Assembly: GCA_040143965.1 (NCBI GenBank)
Contig: JASJQH010006956.1
Location: 1-32,679, forward strand
Direction of reading: 5' to 3'
Length of the DNA stretch: 32,679 nucleotides
From: Basidiobolus ranarum
Lineage: Eukaryota
The notes below the pieces were generated by a model. The model had not been told where the DNA came from and made no database searches. It worked only from the letters and a program-made list of their open reading frames with translations. The stretch's first letter is position 1, and each line of letters opens with the position of its first letter. Positions 11,901 through 23,454 of the stretch are shown piece by piece. The position numbers and the translations under genes are program-made.

Positions 11901-14900
11901 GTGATCGATAGTTTCGATGTTCATCTGAATATCGACTCGAAGAAATCCCTTATTGATAATAGAATGCACACGGCCATGACTGTAGATGTCCAGCCTTTCG
12001 TAATCAGAGTCTCTTATCGTGATATCGAAATGATTACAAATATTCTTAACAAAGCCTTAGCATTACTTTATCAATCACAGGATAATGAGCCAGCATTCCC
12101 CCAGCCCGAAAATAACGACCAAGGAAACACTCCTCTACAAAGCGATAATCTAGTTGTCAACCGTCCTTCAAACAGAGAAACATTGAAGATAAATCTGGAC
12201 GAGATTCAAGTGATCTTTATTCGAGATTTAATCGATTTACCAATCCTCGATATCCATATAGCCAAATCCTTAATTAGTGTTCAAGATTGGTCCACGTCGA
12301 TGAAAGCAAGCACCAATATCAAATTATTCGCTAACATGCTAAATATCAAAAACTCTCATTGGGAACCTTTGATTGAACCATGGGATTTTACTGTCGATTT
12401 GACTTGTACACGCATGACACATATTAAGTTTATCTCGGATACTCAACTGGAACTCAATATCACTCATCGATTTTTGGAGACTTTGCTTAGTACAGCTGAC
12501 ATCTTTGATACAACCAACTCTCCACTGGATACTACACGTGATATTGCAGTCCCCTATCTACTAAGAAATCGCACCGGACTTGACATGTTGATTTGGGCTG
12601 AGCCTGACTTAAACACCCTGGGTGACGATGATAGTCCTGGTATTCATAAATTAGTCAATGGAGCTGAGCTCCCTTGGAGATTTCAGAATTGGGCTAGGTC
12701 ACGCGAAAGGATAGTATCTTATAGAAATCGATTGGGTATTCAATTTATTGATGTATCATGGGAGTGTATCAACGACATTGCAGTGGACACAGAAGGGATA
12801 TTTATCTACTTACTTCGACCGGATATTGAGAATGTCGCACATAGAATGGCTTGTGAGGTCACTTTGAAGGATTTCACCAAGATCATCACCTTTAGGTCTC
12901 CTATAGTAATTGAAAATCTTACCAAATTTCCCTTGGACATGGTGATGGTCAATTATCGTGATGAGATTGTCTCCTCTTCATTTGAAGTGCCCCCTGGTGG
13001 AAACCATCCTGTTCATATTTTATCCGGTTATGAGAATGCTATCAGGATCAAACCGATCATAGATGCCAAGTATAGGTGGAGTAATGAATATATCTACTGG
13101 CGGGGATTTCTGGGAAACGATCCCCTAAATACCGTCACTTGTGAGTCAGATCATGGAGATATACCTTACCGATTTCAGGTCCACGGACATTATGATCGAC
13201 GGGATAAATTGGCGATGATTTATCCTACCATGACAATTCGCATCAGTGCTCCCTTTGAACTAGAAAATCTCCTCCCTTTCGATTTCATATATAATATTAT
13301 CGACGAAACTAACGAACGAAGTTGGTCAGGTAAACTTTCCAAATCGATATGTTACCCGATTCATACCGCACAACAAGGACAGCATTTGTTAATGTCAGTT
13401 GAAGTCCCGGATGCTGGTTATGAATCAAGTCAACATGTCAGTTTTAGTACGCCAGATCCTAACGAAATACATCTTGGGGATACACTCGTTCTTAAGCATG
13501 GAAAAAGCTCCATGAGACTTAATTTAAAACTATCTTATTTCGAGATTCCTGATACTGGTGGTGCTACCCGCATTTCGGTTTATTGTCCATTCGTGATACT
13601 GAATAAGACAGGCATTGATCTTCATATCAAAAGTAGAAGCATATCTCAAGTAACTATCTCGGGACCTTGTGAGGATCATAAAGATAGACATAGAGACCAT
13701 ACTGGCCATAAGAGAGTAATGCCATTGATGCTCTCGTTTAGGAGACCGAAAAGCAAAAAATTCGTTCGCCTTAGAGTGGAGAATACAGTGTGGAGTAAGG
13801 GGATAAACTTGGAAGCAACAGGTACGATTACCTCGGTAGTTTTACCACAATCAGGGCGAGTAAATCATAAGAACAAACAGGAGGTTCAGTTAGGAATGAC
13901 AATCGATCAAGGTAAAGGGAGAGCGGCTTTGACTCGAGTAATTACGTTTACCCCTCGTTACATCTTCCAAAATAATATCCATCAAACTGTCAGCCTTCAT
14001 ACTGTTTGCTCTGAATCAATCATAACTCTGAATGCTGGTGAAAGAGCACCAATCTATATTACTCAACGCGAGACAGATGTTCTGATGCAAATACGTTATA
14101 CTGAGCTGAATCAAGACTGGTCATCACCCATTAACCTTACGCATATTGGTACTAATTACGTGAAGATTGGACCGTACAATGAAGAGCGTAAAGTAAGATA
14201 CATCGTTCGAGATAATGAAGATAATCGGGATCTCATAAAGATTCAGATATCCCTTGAGGGGCCAACAATCTTTGCTTTCCTGAGTAAAGAAGAGCAGAAA
14301 TGGCCATTTAAAATTGAAAATACCTCACCGGTGGACATTCAGTTTTACCAACAAAAGCCAAGTGCAAAGGATCTCATCAATGCTAGGACTACCTCGTATC
14401 AGAGTCAAGTATACAAAGTTCCAGCAGGGGAATCAAGAAGGTATGCATGGGATTACCCATTTGTTAAACACAAGTCGTTGGTACTTGATGTTCACGGCGT
14501 TACGAGGGAGGTCTCTCTTCAGGCCATTGGGCCCTTGCTACCTCTCAAGTACGATACCGATATAATGTCGATAGATGTCGTGGCTGATGGACCCACAGTA
14601 ATTCTTAAGCTTCTACCGTACAATCGGTCGAAGAGTATTTTCAGGCCCTCGAAGAGATCGCATTCTCATAGTCGTAAGGATAAGAATTCAACGCTGAAAT
14701 CAGTCGAGTTCGAAGTGGTTATGGTTGACACCAAAAACAATTTTCTACTTGAAATTAAATTGAAAGGAATTGGTATCTCGTTGATCAATAGAAGAATGCA
14801 GGAACTCATTTATGCAACATTTCATGGGTTAGAATTACAATATAGCAGTTCTATTCTACAAACCTCTACGAAGTGCGTCGTTCAATGGCTCCAAATAGAT

Positions 14901-16481
14901 AACCAACTATATGGTGGATTGAGCAGCACCTTATTATACCCCAGTTTCACTTCCAAGCACGAAACAGAGATCGATACACATCCTTTCTTCCAGGCAGCCG
15001 TTGTTCAAGCCAGAGACACAGAACATGGTGTCGACTACTATAAATACTTCACCGTACTTCTCCAGGATGTATCGCTCGAAGTGGATGAAGATTTCCTGTT
15101 TGCATTGTTGGATTTTTCCAAATTCAATATTGCTGGATGGGATGCTGAAGTCAATAGTGAAGACGTTTGGAGTGAAGATTTGGAAATTCCAGAAGCTCCA
15201 TTTAATGAAGGCGATGTTCAACTTTATTTTGAAGCAATTCTAATACAACCCATCAAGATCAGCTTATCTTTCGCAAGAACAGAGCGTGTCAACCAAGAAC
15301 AGCAAGCACCTCACTCTTACAATCCAGTGTGGTACATGTTGAATATCTTCACCATGACCATAGGAAGCGTCAATGATGCACCCGTCAAACTAAACGCTTT
15401 GATCATGGATAATGTTCGTCTTACATATCCTGAACTGATGTATCGTTTCACCAAGTATTATTCACAAGAGGTTATCTACCAAGTCCACAAGATCATCGGG
15501 TCAGCTGACTTCTTAGGGAACCCTGTCGGTTTATTCCATACTGTCAGTTCCGGTGTTAAGGATATCTTTTATGAGCCATATCAGGGGTTTATGATAAGTG
15601 ATCGTCCACAGGATATAGGTATCGGTATTGCTAAAGGAACTGTTAGTTTCCTATCTAAAATGGTGTACGGACTCTCAGATAGCTTCTCTAAATTCACTGA
15701 AAGTGTTGGGAAAGGCTTATCTGTCGCTACATTGGATAAAAAATTCCAAGATCGTCGACGAACCACACGCTCTCGAAATCGCCCTAAACATGCGTTGTAT
15801 GGACTTGCTCAGGCAACCACCTCGCTAGTTTATGGTCTCGCTGGTGGCCTATCTGGAATGGTGATTCAGCCAATCTCCGGGGCGAAGAGAGATGGTTTTG
15901 GTGGGTTTGTTAAGGGGATTGGCATAGGACTAGTTGGGGTAGTTGTCAAACCTGTGATTGGCCTTGTGGACATGGCCAACAATCTGACTGAAGGCATTCG
16001 AAACACCACTACCATCTTCGAAACGAATGACTTTGATCGAATAAGATTGCCACGTTATATTGATCCGGATGGAGTCCTTAGACCTTACTCAAGCAAAGAA
16101 GCTCTGGGGCAATCTTGGTTGAAGCAAGCGCACAAAGGAGCATTCTTTGATGAAATCTATGTTGCACACGTGGAGCTTAAAGAAGAAGAGATGATTGCGA
16201 TTTTAACTAGCAAGAAATTAATTGTAGTCTGGGCCAAAGGACTTGAAGTCAATTGGAAAATAAGTTTCAATCAAATTAGCCAAGTGAAAGTGGAACATGA
16301 GTTTGTAAGAATAACACTAAATAATTCCGATATGCCCTCCAAAAGAATTCATAGGCTCTGTATACCTGAATTAAGCAGTCGCAAATGGTTTGGGATGAAA
16401 ATTCACGAAGCCCTTTCCACATACAATCATGACTTAAATACCCCGCTTTTACCCTCATCCACTCTTTCCTACCCTCATTGA
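5993..16481 (+). CDS. VPS13: Vacuolar protein sorting 13 (bridge-like lipid transfer protein), about 21 exons; last exon 11034-16481
   Basis: Chorein N-terminus MFETLVANMLNKFLGDYVSNL..LNIAIWKGDVKL, IIDNLQVSINNIHVRYED, SHWEPLIEPW, VAB-repeat region, LQIDNQL, GSADFLGNPVGLF, Gly-rich ATG2_C-like segment and C-terminal PH-like region. About 20 GT..AG introns link the ORF-track fragments. Confidence 0.96.
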
Positions 16482-16766
16482 TCTTCCCATCAGGTATTTT
16501 GGAAATCCTACCCATAGTGGGGGCCAGAAACAATTGGATCATTTCTTGGTCAGTGAGTTTCTTTTCCGAGCTTCAGATTTCTGAATTCGAATGCAGTAAT
16601 AATTATTTAGGCGGTTAAGGCGTTTAACCAGTGAGATGAATACAATTTACCCCAATAATATTAGAATATAATTTTGTATACATATTTTTTACCAAAAAAA
16701 ATCCCATCTGAACTCGGTGTAGTAGGCAATGCTCATCAAATATAAGTGGAGAATAGTCACGAAAAC

Positions 16767-17545
16767 ATGTCGTCCGAGACTGTCTCTTCTGTATCGAAGT
16801 CTTGTAATTTTAGACACTTCTCATCCTAATCTTTCTGGTCAACATACCCTTCATTTAATATATATTAGCCCTCAGTATGACTATTCTTGAAGAGAACCCT
16901 CAGCTTCAGTACTTGGTAGAAAGCTCTGTGGAACGTCAGGTACGGGCCAAGGGTTTAGACGAGGCCATGACAGAGAAGTTAAGAAGAGAAAACCGAGAAA
17001 GAAAGAAAAAATGGCGGGAACAAAATGAAGACAGAAGTAAGAGGTGTTTTTTACTTGTATTCAGTTTCAATCATTAACATTTGATAATACGTTCAGATAA
17101 AGATAACGATTTACGTTGTCGAGTAAATAAGCGAGCCCAAAAACTATTTGGTTCCGAAGAGAGCGAAGAAAAGCAGCGGTGGATTCAAGATGAGTTCAAT
17201 AAACGTCAACTGAAGCGTAAAGAAAAAGAGCAAAGACGAGTGTCTATATTCGCCGAATCTCCAATAACACTTGATAAGTCAGTGATTTCGACGCATAAAC
17301 CTTACGCACCCTATACACCCCACACATCACCACATAGCACACCATACACACCTCCACCTACAATTTACACCTACTCGCAACACAATGTGCTGCCACCTAT
17401 GGTGAAAAAGCATTCACGTAATATCACTCTACCACCCATGGTCAATACTGACCAATACAACTCGGACTATCCAATAGATGCAGTTCTTTCGTTGATGGAG
17501 CTTAATGGAGCTATCCACAATGCCCCGAACGTCGCTTCACATTGA
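16767..17545 (+). CDS. DUF3020-family basic helical protein; exons 16767-16803, 16869-17036, 17097-17545
   Basis: Splicing 17037-17096 gives RENRERKKKWREQNEDRNKDNDLRCRVNKRAQKLFG, the motif I recognise as fungal DUF3020. The short first exon is inferred from a phase-compatible intron 16804-16868; ATG 16877 is an alternative start. Confidence 0.82.
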
Positions 17546-18511
17546 CTTTGTGCCTCTCATCATTCTCGCATCTAATTCATTAAATACATTAAATGACCTC
17601 CCTTAATAGTTGTCAGGTTAGTAATGAAATAAGCTTAGTGTCACAAAATTCGGAAATCTTCCGAGCTTGAGTTCATTTGGTTTAATAATAGAATTATTTG
17701 GCATATGATTGGTGGATCTTGATGAATGGTACGCTTCATTGTGTACCTATTATATTCACCGACATTCAGCAATAATACTGAGAGATTGATCGATTCCAAG
17801 TCATTAATCTAATCGCCACTCATGATTAATTGCTTCACTCTGTTTACGTTAATTCTCATAACTATACAACATTGTTACTATTTTAATCTACAATTAGATT
17901 ATTTTTCATAAGCAATTCAACTTGCTGTTAAATGTTCTTAGATTATCCCAGAACACTTTTGACATATTTCCAAAATGGTCGATTTGTAGGATGGTCAGAA
18001 GGATTCTGAAGGTAACCGACCAACACTCTTGCAAGTTAAAACAGTCTCATCTAATGCAGTGAAGTCTCGAAGTGGCATTTTTTTGGAGTCTTACGTATCA
18101 AAGAAACAGGAACGTTCGGATCCGTTACACTCACACATGGAGTCACCCAAACTCAAACCTAATTCTCCGTGCAGATTACCAAACTTTAGGTTTTATTAAC
18201 GTTGTTTGGTAGTCCAAATTTATGAGCAAACCACATCCCAAAGGACATCCCTGAATTCTTTTTAAATTAATCCTGATGCAACTATCCTCAAAATCTAATG
18301 GTTACTGCATGCGTTAACTCGTGCAGCACCCTGTTCAATCATGAATATCCTGCGTTGATTACTTCATTGAAATGCTACTTCCGAAGTATATAAACATTCC
18401 TATCTGCACTAAATTGCCATCTATTTAGACTGTAGAAGATTTACACGCTCGTTCACCGTCCCCGTCCCCGTTCACTCCCCACTCCCCTTTCATAATATCC
18501 CAACTGTACTA

Positions 18512-19563
18512 ATGAAAGAGGATTCACCCTCTAAAGAGGACATGTTCGACTTGGTGATCGTCCACCATAAAATTCAACCAACCTCCATCCTAGACGACTT
18601 CGACCCATACATCACGATCACCTCTCATTTTGTTTCCACAAAGTTCCTACTTGGGTTTCGCATTGTTTGTCTTGTTCTGTGTACTGGAATATTTATTTTA
18701 AACGCGATCTTCCAGGGCGGATCTCTCAGTCACTTTCTCTTGCAGTTCACAAACCTATCCTACATGGGTTCAATCATCTATTTTGGGGTAAGTAAATCAA
18801 ACCCTATCCCCTTAAACTGACTGGTCCCTTAACAAGTTCTTTTTAGATGGGCTCTTACTACCCATATCGACACTTAAATTCATGTGACTCGTTCATACTT
18901 CGTTCTAAATTGGGGAAGAGTTCGATGTGGAGGACTGCTTATTGGCAACTCTATCATACATTGGTGGTATTTCAAGTCATCGTCTCAGTGATTTTTTGGT
19001 CAGCGGCTATGAAAAGTGGTTTTGACCACTTGTCTCGCTCTCAGCAGCTCTTAACCTACAGTACATACAGCCTTAACTTTATCTTGGTATCGATGGAGAT
19101 TTGTCTTTCCAAATGGACTATGAGCTGGTTTCATCTTCCTTTTCTTCTGTTCACTGTGGTGCTCTATGTGGCCTTAGCTTGGATGTACTTTGCTGTGTAA
19201 GTGAATTCTTATATTATACGCCATGATCGTAATAGAAACTAATGCTGATGTGCTAGAACTGGGCAAACCCTATATTCCATCATGAATTTGAATGCCACAG
19301 CGGGAGTCCTATCAGTCCGTTATTTGGGGATTTTCTCGATGTTCGTGTTTGTGTTTGCTATGATGCTGTATATGCACAAGTTACGTGAGAATCTGGCCAA
19401 CTCTTTTGAAAAAGCATCGCGTGGAAAGCGTAGACTCTCCGATATAGAGGAGATAGAAGCAAAGTTGTCTAATCCACGAAAAGTCACCTCAACACCAAGC
19501 GTACCAAATTTCACCGCTACACAGTTCCCAATTGGATGCCAACAATTGATGAGTATATTTTAA
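18512..19563 (+). CDS. Multi-pass membrane protein, FAR-17a/AIG1-like (rolling-stone-like); exons 18512-18787, 18847-19196, 19257-19563
   Basis: Three hydrophobic ORF pieces joined in frame by GTAAGT..AG introns. About six TM helices with QFTNLSY, VSVIFW, SLNFILVSMEI and LYVALAW patterns. TATATAAA near 18387. Confidence 0.7.
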
Positions 19564-19606
19564 ACAATCTCCCTCCATTCGTAAACATCTGTGATATATT
19601 ATCAAT

Positions 19607-19658
19607 TATTCTATTACCAGATATTCTATTACCAGCTATTCCATTACCAGCTATTCCA
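19607..19658. repeat. 15-bp tandem repeat, about 3.5 copies (TATTCYATTACCAGM)
   Basis: Units at 19607, 19622, 19637 and a partial unit at 19652, in the 3' UTR of the membrane-protein gene. Confidence 0.9.
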
Positions 19659-20237
19659 CAAAATACCACTTGCACTCTTCCCCTTTCCCATCCCCTTCCC
19701 CTCAGCATTCATTGAATCAGTCACATAATGAATTCTACTTGGTTTCAGTTGATTTGTACCTTGAATTATCTTTTTGGTTAAACTTTGGGATTGACATATA
19801 TTCGAGATATTTCTTTTCACTAAATCTAATATAATGTATTGTAGTTATTTGTTTTCACTGTTTCTGATGCGCAAGTGTATCAGTAGCTTAATAACGTGAT
19901 GATTCGGTAGAGATGGCAGTTGCAGCGGACATTGGAGTGCAGTCTCCGATGCTCTCAGAAACTTGGTCCATAGCACTACTACTCACACAAACACAATCAC
20001 CAGAGAATACTGATGTCCTTATTGATGCTTATTTCAACAGAATTGGATAAACTAAATCAATAGACTTGAATAAACTGGTTTTTAAGCTAAATTACCATCT
20101 TGAATATGGATTAAGGAGCTAGAAGTGTTAGTAATAAAATAAACTAATACTTCTATTAATTGGATATATAAATAAAAGATATACTTCAGGTAAAATGGTA
20201 AATGTACCATTGCAGAGTCTGAAGTCAATATACATAG

Positions 20238-20654
20238 TCACTCATAACTGACACTTTTATATTTTGAGGCATCTTTTTTACTCCATTGTCCGTAATCTCT
20301 CAGTCTGCCAGAGTTATTCCACTGCATGAACCCTTCTTAGATATATACATATTTGTCAGTACTAGAGCAACAGACTAAGTATCTTACTAATGTCATATCC
20401 GATTACAACATCATTTTTATCACACATGATACAGCCCTTAGATCCATATAACCAGGAGGCTGCTTGATAAGTTTTCTAGCAACTGTCTCAATGGCACGTT
20501 TTAGAGTGTATTCACTGAGGGGTTTACATTCTTGATACTAACAGCAATCGTAGGCTTTCTAATTATTGGTACAGTCCCTGCCAGCTTCATCAATAATGAA
20601 ACAACTTGCAATAATAAATAGCCACAAAAATCAAAAGTTGGGAGAGCCTATCAT
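20238..20654 (-). pseudogene. Probable pseudogene of a small secreted Cys-containing protein
   Basis: Minus frame from ATG 20654 reads MIGSPNF*FLWLFIIASCFIIDEAGRDCTNN*KAYDCC*YQECKPLSEYTLKRAIETVARKL. It has a signal-peptide-like start and three stops (TGA, TAG, TAG). An intron-like GTAAGA..ACTGAC..AG segment lies at 20387-20336. The 3' end is uncertain. Confidence 0.45.
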
Positions 20655-21367
20655 GCTATAACCAAGAATACAAAGCATAAGGATGCCAGAGTACTTGGTG
20701 GAAAAGTAACTCTTGTTTGTGTAGCATCTAGCTATGGATACAATTGGAATTGAGAACAGTGTGGTTCCAATGAATTCTTATGCTTCAGAGAGAGGTTGAT
20801 AATATATCGACTAATCAGGTATTTTTTCAGTTAGGTGCCTACTTCTACAACTCAAGAATACATTAACTTTTTCTTGGATAAATAGCAAATAGGCCCATCA
20901 TAAATATTATTGAAAACCTGCTCCTCGGGTATCAAAAAGATGTGCAAAAATTGCTATCAGAAACACTTTTTGAAGGAAATGAATAAAAAAATGCACCTCT
21001 AATCATTTATAGAGGTGTAACCTACCCACTTTCAGTCAAACCTCACTTTGTTGCAACTTTTTTGTTTATTAATTTTTTCGTAAAACCGACGAACTTCATA
21101 AGGAAATACTTATGAGGCAATTGGGCTTTTTTCTTTGCAAAAGTTGGTGAGAATGTAGAGGAGATATCAAATTATTATACTTTGCTTAAGATAGCTTATT
21201 GACATGCATTTATTATAGGCAAAATGGTTTGTTCGAAAAGTACTTGTTAATAAATTTTTCATAGCAATTATTGCATTTCCACAAATGTAAAAAGACAAGA
21301 TAAAAGTAAAGATATACGAACTAAATTACCATAAAAATGGAAGGTAATCAAAAAACATGCAGCCTGC

Positions 21368-21710
21368 CTATGGTATCAGGCCTCCTTCTCCATCAATATA
21401 GTAGTTCCAGTCACTAGTGTATACACTACCATCGTCATTGATGCTCTCCACCACCGCAACATGGCCATACAAATCACAACCTTGATAGCCAGGCTGGATA
21501 GCAATGATAGAAGGAATGCGTGGCTCACTGGAGATTACCCAACCCGGAGTGTTCATAGCACTTTCTGGCCAGGTCTTGGCATTGCCCCACCATTGAGTAT
21601 GGTAGCAGGTAAGTTGATAGTAAGGCCAGGGAGCTCACTTTGTAAGTCAGTATTGTTGAATGTTGGAGAGTTAACAGATTTTTCTGAGGCTGGAAGAGTT
21701 TTGGTTTCTT
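21368..21710 (-). pseudogene. CHAP-domain (cysteine/histidine-dependent amidohydrolase/peptidase) gene remnant
   Basis: Minus frame 21634-21368: PWPYYQLTCYHTQWWGNAKTW..GWVISSEPRIPSIIAIQPGYQGCDLYGHVAVVESINDDGSVYTSDWNY, i.e. WGNA and GHVAVVE CHAP motifs. The catalytic GQCT segment is missing, there is an in-frame stop at 21635-21637, and a Ser/Thr/Pro linker lies upstream in another frame. Confidence 0.85.
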
Positions 21711-21774
21711 AATATGAAGATATACTGGCTTTGCGAACTACTTCACAATTAATGGTTAAATGCCGAGTCAGAAA

Positions 21775-21880
21775 AATCGAGTAGACAAATACACTAATGG
21801 TTTGAAGTGCAATCGAGTAGACAAATACGCTAATGGTTTGAAGTGCAATCGAGTAGACAAATACACTAATGGTTTGAAGT
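21775..21880. repeat. 36-bp head-to-tail tandem repeat, 3 copies (AATCGAGTAGACAAATACACTAATGGTTTGAAGTGC)
   Basis: Units 21775-21810, 21811-21846 (one A>G) and 21847-21880; no spacers. Confidence 0.95.
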
Positions 21881-22400
21881 CGTAACTCGATCCAAGTAAA
21901 ATAAACTCTTAAATTTAGTGATTTTTGGAAATGGTAATTCTTTTCACATGTTTCTTGCTAAATATGTTTACAAAACTGCCACTCGGTGATATAATGCCTA
22001 GCCAGAAAGTCTATCATGAGAGGCTGGACTATAAGAAATCGATAACTGGTTTGCACAGTTAATAACTAAGTAACATTGTTTGTATATAGATCCACAATGC
22101 CATTCAGTACTGCAGTGTTTATTAACTATGCATCATAAATGTAACACTACCGAGAATATAAATCCGAATTAATTAAATCCCGAAACTTGTACCTAGTTGC
22201 TTCTGTAGGGATTGTATCTCGCAAGTCACACCATATTGCGTGAAATTAGTAATAGAATACCAATGTCACAGTACAAATGCTGGATGCTTACAATAGTCAA
22301 CATACCTTGTATATTGAGGTTAGCTCTCATCTCTCGATTGAATACAGATATACCAGATATATAAGCTGGCTTCCATATCCTATTATCTCAACCAACTATC

Positions 22401-22592
22401 ATGAAGTTCTCTGCTCTCCGCGTAATCCTAGCTGTCATTACTTTGACAATTGCTGTTGAAGGCCAAACTGCTTGTAAGGATGCATGCTCCAGTACCACAA
22501 GTGCCTGTTTGTCCAGATGTCAAAAGGGTCAATACAACTGTAACTTATCCTGCATCAGCTATGGCAACTCTTGTCGCGATAGATGCACATAG
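22401..22592 (+). CDS. Small secreted cysteine-rich peptide, copy 1 (63 aa; 21-aa signal plus 42-aa mature peptide with 8 Cys)
   Basis: Signal peptide MKFSALRVILAVITLTIAVEG, eight regularly spaced Cys, TATATAA at 22358-22364, AATAAA downstream, and a conserved paralogue 1 kb away. Confidence 0.9.
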   Translation: MKFSALRVILAVITLTIAVEGQTACKDACSSTTSACLSRCQKGQYNCNLSCISYGNSCRDRCT

Positions 22593-23454
22593 AGTCATAT
22601 CGGTATATAGCTGAAAATAAAACTCACCGTTACTTCGAAAATGTTACATACGAGGTAAATCAACTTACTTGTATTACTATCATATCAGAATTCAATTGAG
22701 TGTTGATAAGTTCAGGCTTATATTCATATGTTCTCAGTTTATGTATTGCAATAAAAGGGGTTATGTTTCAACTCAGAGTCATCTTTGATATAAAAGAATG
22801 CAAGCAAACAACTGTGTTCATTACCCTAACCCTATATTATTTGGCCATAAGTAGCGATATAGTTAGTTGGTTTTATTAGTCCTAATTTTAAACCATACAT
22901 TGCGTTTGATTTGAAGGGTTAGGGAACCTTTGTTGCATTGCTTATTACTTTTCGTACTTAAGCATCAGTTATAAAAGGGCCTTACAACTTGGACTAATAA
23001 AACTTTCCTTTATTGAAGTGTATATATATTGTCCTTCAGCAGCACGAAATGCTCATTATTGTACTACAGATTATGACCTAGCATTTTATTCTCTAATTAG
23101 CCGTTGGGTCAAACATTCTTACACAAAAAACTGGCTTCTCAAGTACCTAGTCTTAGAGTGTAGCATGAGAGGCTAGACTTGAGAAAATATTTCTGAACTA
23201 AGAAATATTGGTTGTTACTGAATCACAATGCCGTTGAGGAATAATCAGTTATTAACAACACAGCATAAATGTAACATTAAGAACATAAATTCTTACTAAT
23301 TGAACTGTACTTTCCTAGTTTCAACAGCGAGCTTCCTTTCCTATTTGTAGTTATACATATGCCCCAACATTCATTATCCCGAGTACCTTGGTACAGATAC
23401 ACCAATATATAAACTGGTACTGACTTCCATATCGTATCATATCAACCACTTATC

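Noticed and set aside
19517-19708. 63-aa minus ORF with IAGNG repeats
   Set aside because: Translation of a 15-bp 3' UTR tandem repeat; no other coding evidence.
21775-21880. CRISPR array (36-bp repeats)
   Set aside because: Units are head-to-tail with no spacers, there are no cas genes, and the context is eukaryotic.
21461-22459. Plus-strand ORFs 21461-21712 and 22277-22459
   Set aside because: The first is antisense to the CHAP remnant; the second overlaps the peptide promoter out of frame and is not conserved at the second copy.
22824-22924. Telomere or interstitial telomeric array
   Set aside because: Fewer than two TTAGGG units on each side.
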